This document shows, piece by piece, positions 50,210-60,202 of a DNA stretch of 64,000 nt. The stretch comes from Amoebophrya sp. A120 (Eukaryota; Protista; Dinoflagellata), in NCBI GenBank assembly GCA_905178155.1, contig CAJINV010000004.1, positions 9,524,625-9,588,624 on the forward strand, in the 5' to 3' direction. Under the pieces are notes generated by a model. That model did no database searches. It was not told the DNA's origin and was given only the letters and a program-made list of their open reading frames with translations. Every line of letters begins with the position of its first letter. Position 1 is the first letter of the stretch. The position numbers and the translations under genes were made by a program.

Positions 50210-51204
50210 ATGGTTAAGTACTCTCGCACCCCGGAGGACAAGGCCAAGTCCGTGAAGGCCATGGGCGTCGACCTGCGCACCTCTTTCAAGAACACCTACA
50301 ACGTCTGCCAGGCCATCAAGGGCTTCAAGCTCGAGGATGCCAAGAAATACTTGCAGGTAATGAAGATGCGAAATTTAAATTTAGATGGGGGAACATAAAC
50401 ATTTGGTTTGTTTTGTGTCAACATCTCATGCAACATCATTTTGGTTTTTCGAGAATGATGTCATACGTAATGCGATTCAAAATATTCGAAAAAACACCAA
50501 AACCCCAGGCTGTGATCGAGAAGAAGCGCATTATTCCGTTCCGCCGCTTCAAGTCCGGTGTGAGCCGTGACGGACAGTGCAACGAATTCAAGACCACCCA
50601 GGGTCGCTGGCCGGAAAAGTCCTGCAAGGTCGTCTTGGGCTTGCTCCGCAACGCCGAATCCAACGCCGAATTCAAGGAACTGTCCCCGGAGGAACTGGTA
50701 AGGAGTTAATTTTTTCTTGTGAGTGCAATTTTCATTTTCCGAGTCATGTTTATTGCTATAACAGTACAGCCTGTGCGATTTTTCGGTCATTCCTTGGTTG
50801 TACGTTTCGCTCCGTTTTGCATTGTTTCCATTGTGTGAGTGGACCACAGATTTAGATTTTGATTTTCGTTTGAGAGACTACTTACTACCTATCGCAGCCT
50901 ATCCAAGTTCAAGGGATAAGTGTCGCAATGTTCGAGAGATGAAGTCCTCGCAAATTATCCACGATTCTTCGCGAAAAATAAAAAACAACAGGTCGTTTCC
51001 CACATCGCCGTCCAGCGCGCTCGTCAGGGCCGCCGCCGCACCTACCGTGCCCACGGTCGTATCAACGCGTACATGAGCTCTCCGTGCCACGTCGAGCTCA
51101 TCCTCGCCGAGGAGTCCGAGCAGGTGTCCAAGCCGGCTGGCGAGAAGGTCAAGAAGTTCACCAAGAAACAGCTCGCCAAGAAGCGCGTCTTGGAAAGCAA
51201 CTAA
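50210..51204 (+). CDS. RPL17: 60S ribosomal protein L17 (uL22); exons 50210-50356, 50509-50697, 50992-51204
   Basis: [64 protein letters not shown]; two GT-AG introns. Confidence 0.97.
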
Positions 51205-51992
51205 GGTTTTTTCTGAACAATTTCATCGGAGAGAACTCATGCTACAAACTCGGTACTTGTGTTGAAGAAGATGTGTTACAGTTGTGAAAAAAGCCCGAAG
51301 GATGTTAGTTGACCTGAGCTTTTTGCTTTGTTGATCAACATGATCGGGTTTTTTAGGACTGCAGAGACTACAGCAAATGAGAGGCTCACAGGACCACTAT
51401 CGCGGCTAAGTAATAATCTAGGGGTTTGCGACGTCAAACAGTCATACTGTCGTAGAGAAGATGCTAACCTCTAGAACGACGCTGCGACTTGAAGCAAGAC
51501 GAAGTGAGTTGGAACGAAACTACTCTGTCCCATGAAAAACAACCCGACGCTCGACTTGAGCGGCACGCCTCACATGATTTTAGCTGAGCGTGTTGTAATT
51601 TCGCCATTGTGTGTTCGTGTTCGCTGCAGATCTTCATCCGGGTGCAGTAGTCTTCGTCGATAGTGTTTGCATGTTCTATCGCATTTGTGGCCCATTTGCA
51701 CATTCCAATTCGTCTGTCCGACGTTCGCGTCTCAGCACTGTGATAGAGTTAATCTTAATCGCAGGCGCTGTGAGAATAACTTTTGAAGAGAGAAAGAGAG
51801 AGAGTCGCTGCAATGGAAATATCCTCGAGAGAGGCCCTCGACTTGAGGCGTTCATAGGCATCTCCAACTTCGATAAAGTAATCTTCTTAGCACCGTCACG
51901 ATTTTTTCCTTTTTCTATCCCGTGTCAAAAAGGTTTTGTATACACAAGAGTTCTTGTAAAGGTCGACATTTAAAAAGCCTGACAGGAAGATC

Positions 51993-52703
51993 ATGCCGCC
52001 TGTCGCTGTCCATGGAGCACTCCTCGAATCATATTCGAGCGGGAAGATTCCTGTCATCGCATTAACACTAAATTCGCCGACAACATCGTCCTCCTCTCTT
52101 GCGATGCACTGGTCGGGCCACACGACTTTGGCAGACCATCCTTCCGGACGTCTTGATCCTGCCCAACATCATCGTGTGGCAGCTTCTCACATAAGTACCT
52201 CGTCTACAGTGACTTCCTTCGCCGAAGGTCCAGCCTGTATCAAGAACGGTGCAAAATGTAACAACGACAAAGACATTCTCTTCGAGGTGAAACAAGATTT
52301 GAAAAATGAACGGCTACAGGCCGCGGAATCCACGAACAAGTTCCACGACGCGGCGGTCCGGACCGGGAAAAACGTAAAGAGGCTCTACGCGAAATTTCTC
52401 GGGGCGGTCAAAGAGTACGACGAAGCGCGCGCGGATTTAGATGATTCGGCGTTGAAAAAGGCACGGACTGAGATGGATTTCACGTACAATCTCGCGACGG
52501 ACATGCACGCGCAGACGTGCAAGAAACTGCAAGATCCAGAGCTCCCGTGTAGCAAGCAGTTCGCGTTCATGACGCAGCAAAAATGGGCGCGGATGCCGGT
52601 GCCAACCTGCGTCACGGGGGTCACCACGCCGTATGACGATCAAACCATTCAGAACGACGTGAACGCACTACGAGAAGCGGAGAGATCTTGTGTTATCCTG
52701 TAG
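51993..52703 (+). CDS. Hypothetical protein
   Basis: 236-aa ORF with a coding-like, Cys-containing helical 3' half. Start uncertain. Confidence 0.55.
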   Translation: MPPVAVHGALLESYSSGKIPVIALTLNSPTTSSSSLAMHWSGHTTLADHPSGRLDPAQHHRVAASHISTSSTVTSFAEGPACIKNGAKCNNDKDILFEVKQDLKNERLQAAESTNKFHDAAVRTGKNVKRLYAKFLGAVKEYDEARADLDDSALKKARTEMDFTYNLATDMHAQTCKKLQDPELPCSKQFAFMTQQKWARMPVPTCVTGVTTPYDDQTIQNDVNALREAERSCVIL

Positions 52704-53344
52704 TGCTGACACGGAGCGACGCATAAGGTCGAACTCGAAGACAAAATGAACAAGCACAAAAATAAAGCTGTGCGCACCTGTCAGCTTCTGCGAGTTTCAA
52801 TGAATGACGGATGTTTTCAAACCTACCTAGCCATGTTGCGTTTCCGTGAATGAAGTTGATTGAGTTTGCCGTGTGTCGAGAAAAACTTGAAGGCAAGTCC
52901 GACAGAAGATGTTCCACGCAGGTGACGTTGTGGAACCACATGAGAACTGGGTGCGGCACCAGCCCATGACAACTGGGTGACGCTACCTGAGAACTGTATG
53001 ATACCGCATGAGATGAAGCGTACGAAAAACAAAGTCAGAAATCAAGATTGCAAGACAAGCAAAAGTGTACCTTCAAGCGAGGCCAGATCTGCATCAGAGA
53101 ACGCGTGCGTGCAGGTTGTGGCGTATGATGCCATGGTGGGTAATCTTTTTCGCGATGGTATGAAGAGAGAGAAAGAGTGAAGAGCAAAGACGCAGGCTGG
53201 ATAAGATTACGCACGATGGCATTATGCTTGTCATCACAATGCAGCATTTTTCGTTTCTGGAGCGAAGCTACTATACCGTCGTGGGTAATCTTACTCTGCG
53301 TGGTACTATCGTAGTTGATGCTGTGCACATTGTGAAACAAAAAA

Positions 53345-54648
53345 ATGGTCCGCTTTCTGTTTCTTGTCGCGATGCCTGAGGAGGGCAAACACCTCGAGAA
53401 GGTGTTTGACTTGACAAAGGACGACGATACTGCGGCTGGCAATCCCTTCATCGATCTGTACTCCAACACGAAGTTTTGTTGTAGCGGGAGTAAAAACGAC
53501 GAGGAGGATAAGAAAACCACAAAACGACAAATTTTCATGGTTGTTCCGAAGCGGGACAAGGTCCACAACTGCCCCTCGATCTCCTCTGAGTCCGCCGCCG
53601 TCTGCGCGTTCTCAGCACTGAACCTCCTGGTTCCCATTTTCGGCGCGTTTGACTTGGTGGTGTCTGCGGGGACTTGTGGCGGGATACAGCAGCCGTTGGA
53701 CGTTTTCTTGGACGAGGAACAAGGTACAAGCACAACAACAGCGACGACGACGACAACAACGGCGATGCAGCAGGGGGACGTGTTTGTCGCGAAACAGATC
53801 CGGTATTTGAACCGCTTTATTCCCTTTGACGAATACAAGCAGTATCTGCATGGCAGCGGGTACAAATTGGTGGATCCGAAAAGGGTCAAAACCGCTATCC
53901 TCGCTGATAAGAGGAACAAAGACACACTTCGTGTTTTCGAGGGGAACGTCGCGACATCCAACACGTTTGTCACGGACGATTCCATTCCGCTGCAAGAAAA
54001 AGCTCACGTCTGCGAAATGGAAGCGGCGGCACAGGCGAGGATCTGCTGTTTGATGAACGACGTTCCGTTCACCGCGGTGAAAATCGTTTCTGACGTGGAT
54101 TTGAGCAGTGCAAAGCAGAAGCAGTATCGCACCCGCACAAGTTGGAGTCACGCTTGTTGACAGATCTGCTTTTTTTATTTGCATCGGCATGACAAAAAAA
54201 TTTTTAATTGTGATGCAGTAATTCCTACTGGTGCGGTGCTTTAGCTTTTGCAATGCATAAGAGTCCGTCGAAGGGATGACGAAGGAGGAACGGGTATCCT
54301 CAGTGAAAACGTCCTCGCCCCAGAGTTCTCGAGAAGCACTCTCTGGTGCAGTTTCGGGATTTGTCATGATGCTCGAATCAGGATCAGGTGGTCGATTTGT
54401 GATGCGGTTGCACTAGCTACACAGGACTACACTTCTACGAGCCCGAACTTGTCATGCGCGGCACCCAAAACTTGTGGACCTGTGTAGCAGATTCTGGTTG
54501 GTTCTGCTTCGACGTGACTCGGGGGTGGGGAAATTTTCGCTTAGGATAATGGGGGCATGCGTTTTTGGCTTTTTTGGACCACGGAGTGGAAAATCTGGGG
54601 AACGCGTGCAGGGGGCTCGTGGAAAACTGGAATGGTATTGTGGAGTGA
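53345..54648 (+). CDS. 5'-methylthioadenosine/S-adenosylhomocysteine nucleosidase (PNP_UDP_1 family)
   Basis: LVAMPEEG, DLVVSAGTCGGI, GDVFV, ATSNTFV, CEMEAAA, VKIVSD. C-terminus EERGHAFLAFLDHG...GIVE* recovered after removing elements. Confidence 0.85.
54100..54259. mobile_element. Decayed introner (left end eroded; start approximate)
   Basis: Right end CTTTTGCAATGCATA; internal GCATGACAA and TTGTGATGC; no clear left TAT or DR. Confidence 0.55.
54295..54548. mobile_element. Introner, family G
   Basis: TATCCTCAGTGAAAACGTCCTCGCCCC...GGGGTGGGGAAATTTTCGCTTAGGATA; DR ACGGG/ATGGG. Confidence 0.85.
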
Positions 54649-55489
54649 GGCACTGGTACGTGCGCCGCGCAGGACAGACGACAAAAAGACATCTCCATGC
54701 ATGATAAGAAGGACGGAATTGATAATATGTATGATTGCGCCGTCGGACGTCCTCTGTAATGTACTTGATTTTTGTTTTTCAGTTTGCTCCCACTTTCAAA
54801 TTTATAATATCCTGTGAAAGTTTGAGTTTCTTTGCTTTCACACACGAGGAGATCTTCGATGGCGAATGTAGTGCACAGTGATGGTGGTTACAGGGCACCG
54901 CCGAAATAAAAATATTAGTGCCTGAGTGGCGGTTAGTGCCTGCAGAGGGAGCCGGGCGTTACGACCACATCGTGCCAGGAAAAAGAAGAACTTCCGGATC
55001 TTTATCTTCCCCCGCAAGTTACATCTATCTAGAAGATCCCTTGTTGTTGACTCCAAATTGATGGGTCTTGCAACATCTGAACGAAAAGGTTTTTTTCCAA
55101 ATTGCATCTAGTAAAGCTGCAGCAGCAATCAGCACAAAGAATCGGCTTGACTACCGTTGGTCGACTCGTGGAAATGACAAATCTAGAGAACACGAAGAAG
55201 ATCAAGGCAGGATCAACGACGCGCTGGTAAGAATGGATCCATGGTTAGTGGGCGATCAAATTCGTCGTTGGAGTATTTAACATTGATTATATTACCGCAT
55301 TTTCTCTTGCAATGTGAGGAGCATCTGTCTACAGTCTACAGCCTCAACTAGCCCGCATTACTCTATTTGTTGAACATTTTTTTCGAGGATTGTAAACAGT
55401 ACTACGCACGCTACATCCAAGTAAAAACAACACTGTAACTGCAAACAACTTTTCTGCAACTTTTCTGCAATCTCTCCTCGATCTTGACC

Positions 55490-56182
55490 ATGACGTCCCT
55501 ACTTAAGGTTTTCGCCGTTCTCTCCTCTCTGCACTTTGTTGTGCAGCACTTCTGCGACGTGATGACTTCTTCTGGTGTGCTCATGCACGTGCAGGGACTG
55601 CAGCTGTCCGGGACGGGGAAAAAAGGAAAGCGGTCCGCTTCTGCCGGCCCGACCGTCGGACGTCGACTACCCCCGCTGCTGGTGGGAAACGGAAATGCAG
55701 GACGGCAAAATCAGCTCGCAGCTGCACCTGCTCGCTCTACTTCACCTACTGCTAACCCTGCTGCTGTTGCTAGGAGTGCTATCTCCGATTCCGCTGGTGC
55801 CGCTTCGTCTGGTGCCGCTTCGTCTGGTGCTAGTACAGGTGAACGTGAAGGTGAAGCCCCAGAAACATGTATTATTTGTCTGCAACCGGAGAGGGGCGAC
55901 GAAGACGGACAGTTAAAACCGATGTGCACATCTCCATCTGGGGCGCCGCACCTTGTGCATAAGAAGTGTGGAAAAGAGTGGGGCGCTAGAGCAAGTACTT
56001 GTCCCATGTGCCGCGGGCCGTTGCAGGAGGAAATGCGGGATCCTCGTCGTCCACCATCCGCAATCCCAATCGATTCTACTACTACTACTAGTCCACGGCC
56101 GCGGGAAGACGAACGGACGATGATGGGGATGGAAGATCGAGATTTGCATAGGTTTTTTCTTCGTATTGAAAGTCAAAATTAG
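55490..56182 (+). CDS. Signal-peptide protein with RING-type zinc finger
   Basis: MTSLLKVFAVLSSLHF...; CIIC...C...HLVHKKC..W....TCPMCR. Confidence 0.75.
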   Translation: MTSLLKVFAVLSSLHFVVQHFCDVMTSSGVLMHVQGLQLSGTGKKGKRSASAGPTVGRRLPPLLVGNGNAGRQNQLAAAPARSTSPTANPAAVARSAISDSAGAASSGAASSGASTGEREGEAPETCIICLQPERGDEDGQLKPMCTSPSGAPHLVHKKCGKEWGARASTCPMCRGPLQEEMRDPRRPPSAIPIDSTTTTSPRPREDERTMMGMEDRDLHRFFLRIESQN

Positions 56183-57262
56183 ATTCGTGAAAGTCGCCTT
56201 TAGAGATGACATTTACAACGCTTTCGCTGTCGTACTCGATCTTCTCGCCGCTCATTTTGAAATCTTCACCTGCTTGTCAATTGCAGGATTGTATGATTAT
56301 TGTCTGAGCTATTTCTCCAAGAGGACCACGAGCACGACCACGCTGGGACAGGAGGAAGTTTTGATTACCCAAACGCAGAGTCAAATTTATTTTTTAGCCC
56401 TATCATCCAAGGCCATGCATTGGGATATCTCGTGTACCTGTACAATGAAGTCGTGTATTTTTTTTCTCAAACGGACGGCCATGCAGGTGCTTATCGCCAT
56501 GTAAAAGCTACTTCTTATCGCCATGTAAAAATCCCGTCAGGGTCAGCGCTACAACACTAGTAAAAAGTCATGAAACTATCAGGACTGATTTTTGGTCACA
56601 GGCAAAATATTCGACCAGTAGGCTCCTGCGCCGTCTTTTCCTCATGAAAGCGGTGGGAGATGCGGGTGAGGTTAGTATTGATGGGTCGAGTAGGTAGTGA
56701 AGACAAAAAACGGCTTTTGTGAAGATTGCGCCCTTCCCGGGGATGAAGCAAGTGAGCTGCTTGCGCTATGATGGGAGTCAATTAAACACAACATATCGCG
56801 TCATGTATTATTTGATTGTGGATGTGCGATCCTCATCCTTTTGTCGTATGAAAAACAAAAAGTATTGGTATTCATGTGCCGTTCTTGCACCGTGACCTAG
56901 ATCAAGTTCGAAATCCAGATCCTCTACTAGCATAAAGAAAATGCAACCGCTAGAGAAAGCCAGTAGCCCCAGAAGATTTTTCGATCCAGATACGATGCAA
57001 GGTTGGGTCTTGCAACATGTGAACAAAAACGCTTTTTTCCAGCAAATTCTTTGCATCTAGTAAAGCATGAACATCCGTCTACAAACAGTCACAGTCTACA
57101 TCTACAACTTCAACTCGCCCGCATAATTGCTCTATTTGAACACTTTTTTCGAGGATCGTAAACAGTACTACGCATACTACATCCAAAAACGACACTGTAA
57201 CTGCAAGCAACTTTTCTACAACAATTTTACTGGTCCAGTTATCTTTGTTCCTCGATCTTGAC

Positions 57263-59234
57263 CATGACGTCCCTCTCCCTACGTAAGGTTTTCGCCGTTC
57301 TGTCCTCTCTGCACTTTGTTGCGCAGCACTTCTGCATGATGACTTCTACTGGTGTGCTCACGCACGTGCACGGGCTGCAGCTGGCCGGCAAAAAGCATCG
57401 GTCCCGTTCCGCCGGCCCTACCGTCGGAGCGCGTGAACTACCGCTGCTGGCGGGAACAAACGGAAATGCAGGAACGACCGCTGCTGCTGCTGCTGCAAGT
57501 AGTGCAGCTTCTAGCTCCGCTGCGGTTCCACCTGCCACCGCGACTCGTCGCCTTGCTCGAGAGGTTTCTATTGCTACTGCCCAGGCTGCTACCGGTTCTC
57601 CCCGTGGTCCTGCTGCTTCTACTGGTCCAGCGCCTCGTCCTGCTGAACGTCATGTTGATCTCGGTGCAGCTGATGCTGCTCGTCCAGCTGATGCTCCACC
57701 TCGTCCGCGAGTTCCTGTCCCCGGCCCGCCTCGTCCCCACCGCCTGCCCGTCGTAGGCCTAATGGCCCATTGTGTAGGCGGCTGCTGCTGTTTCGACACA
57801 ACGGCACTAGTGGGTGCAAACAGGGACACCATCGACCGGCGCTTTTTGGCGGCCGAGGAGGCAGGAAAGGACTGTCGTGTTGGAGCGGCCTGCTGTGTTG
57901 GTTTTGGCTATGCATTGCAAATAGTATGTCTGGGTCGGGAAGACGGGTGCGGTGCAACACTGTGACGCAGCACACGACAGAAAACTGTCTTGCATGATCA
58001 CCAAAAGCAGCCGTCCACTTTTGGACAAGTTGAGAAGAAGTCTGTCACGCAGGATAGCGATTTAATATGTAGGCATGATGGTGATCACGAACATCATAGA
58101 ATTAAAAACCCCACAGAATTCCGATTCATGCTAGGTCCTGCACGCCAGACCATATGGGGCGGGGGCCGGGGGGGCAGTGAAAACCTGCATGACAAACCTA
58201 GCAATCTTCCAGACCCAAACATGTTTGCTCCTGATATAGGCGCTTCGGTGGCCGCCGGTGCCGGCATTGGGTACCTTTGTGCTCCTAGTGCGACTGGCTG
58301 TGTGACAGGGGGAGGAATGGCAGCAATACTTCCTGGAGGTGTTTTCGGAGGTACGGGGGCGGCGTTGCTCCAAAGCGGGTGCAGCGAGTGGGGTACGGCG
58401 AATTCGCGGTTCGAGGAACCAACTCCACAGCAAGTTATCAAATGCACAAATGTCCGGGTCTGGAAGGTTGGAACTTGTGATGCTAACTTTGGACTCTAAA
58501 AAAATCTGTATTGCATGACCAGCAAGAGGAGGCTTGTTTGTGCTACGCGGGGCGGGCGTTTGTCATGCGGAGTAGGCATCAGGATTCAGGAAGCCCTCTA
58601 AAAATCTGCGATGCTAGGTCGTGCATTACAGACATCCTGGGTCATGCAAAACATGCATGACAAACAAGACCCACGCGTGGGGACAGGGTCCCCACGCTGG
58701 GGCCTTGTGCCCGCCCCTAGTGGCGCTAGTGGGGGAAGGGTGTTCGCCATCGGGGCGGACAGCGTCCGCCCCTCGCCTCACACCAGGCGCGCGCATAGTG
58801 ACTTAGTGCGCGAAACGCTAGTGGGGGAGGGGTGTTCGCCATCGGGGCGGACAGCGTCCGCCCCTCGCCTCACACCAGGCGCGCGCATAGTGACTTAGTG
58901 CGCGAAACGCTAGTGGGGGAAGGGCCCTCACCTGTCGCGGCCACCTGTCGCGCCCACCTGTGATGGCCACCTGTCGCGGTCACCTGTCGCGGTCACCTGT
59001 CGCGGTCACCTGTCGCGGTCACCTGTCGAGGTCACCTGTCGAGGTCACCTGTCGAGGTCACCTGTCGCGGTCACCTGTCAAGGTCACCTGTCGCCGGGGG
59101 TATGCGTTACCAGAACCCGGAAGTCAAGCAATGTAAATATTAATCTCAGAATCTTCCAGACCCAGACATATTTGCATTTGATACAAGTACTTATGGCGCT
59201 AGGTGGGCACGAAGGGCTCTTCCCGGATTATTGA
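57263..59234 (+). CDS. Signal-peptide paralogue with Cys/Gly-rich hydrophobic C-terminus (2 introners)
   Basis: N-terminus homologous to the 55490 gene. Reconstructed ...ACCVGFG|ASVAAGAGIGYLC...EPTPQQV|LMALGGHEGLFPDY*. Confidence 0.7.
57909..58236. mobile_element. Introner, family E-like with family A-like tip
   Basis: TATGCATTGCAAATAGTATGTCTGGGTCGGGAAG...CTTCCAGACCCAAACATGTTTGCTCCTGATA; DR TTGGC/TAGGC. Confidence 0.85.
58436..59183. mobile_element. Introner, family E, carrying a ~480-bp internal insertion
   Basis: TATCAAATGCACAAATGTCCGGGTCTGGAAG...CTTCCAGACCCAGACATATTTGCATTTGATA; DR CAAGT. Confidence 0.88.
58724..59094. repeat. 92-bp tandem repeat (~2.2 copies) followed by a 13-bp minisatellite (CACCTGTCGCGGT, ~13 copies)
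   Basis: Units start at 58724, 58816 and 58908; minisatellite ~58929-59094. Confidence 0.9.
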
Positions 59235-60202
59235 TTAGACGAAGATGAAGATCATTGAAGGGTGAGGCCGAAGGATAATTACACGTAGCCGTGCTTCCAC
59301 CGCGTGTGAAAATCTACTGTATGATCTATAGGTCTTATTTATGTCGATGTCCATGTCGGGTACTGTACAATGTGTCACACAAGTTGTAGAAGACTTTTCT
59401 GCCTGAGTTGATGCTTCAGCTCACCTTTGTCTTTCCAATTCCTTTGCCTGGAACCGAGTGGACGAGGCGGATTTTTCGTTTTCTGTATTTAGAATCGAAG
59501 TTACATGGTGAAGATCGCCGCTTTTCTACTGAAGTACTTATCATCTTTCGAGATGATGATGATGATGATGTCACGCTTTCGCTGTTGTTGTCGATCTTGC
59601 TGCTGGTTTTCAAATCTTTACCTGTTCGATTCATCTTGCAGGATTGTATGATTTTTTTCTGGGTTTGTCGTGCAAGAGGACACCTGAGCAACAGGAAAGT
59701 TTGATTACCAGGAAGCAAAATCAAATTTATGTTTTAGCATTAACATCTAAGCCAATGCGTTGTGCTTTCTGTTGGACCTTATTCCCTGAGTCTGAAACGG
59801 ACAGCCGTATAGAAGTACACATGCAAAAGTTGGAAAAGGAGAAGGACTAAACGGCGCACGATCAGTCATGCGCCGTCGAGTAGCCTGGATTGTATGATTG
59901 GGATGGGCGGGAGGATGTCTTGTCTGATCTGTGCAAAGCAACTAAGGGCTAAGACGTAAAGAACGCTTCTTCAAAAGGGCGGCAGTGCCAGTACTAGCGC
60001 TAGGGCTAGATGCAGGAGCAATCGCAAAGCCTCCAAGCTGTGCATGCAAGAAACAGCAGGAAGATGATAGTCCTCGTGTGTTCATCAAGTTCAATCCTTT
60101 ATCGGCATGAAGCATTTAAATTTATTTTAGCATGCGCATTTGCATAACAACTATTTTTTTCGATTTGATCTTGTCCTACTTGTTCCAGCATATTTCATGC
60201 TC

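Noticed and set aside
58929-59094. 13-bp tandem repeat as a CRISPR or telomeric array
   Set aside because: No spacers, not a TTTAGGG-type unit, and internal to an introner.
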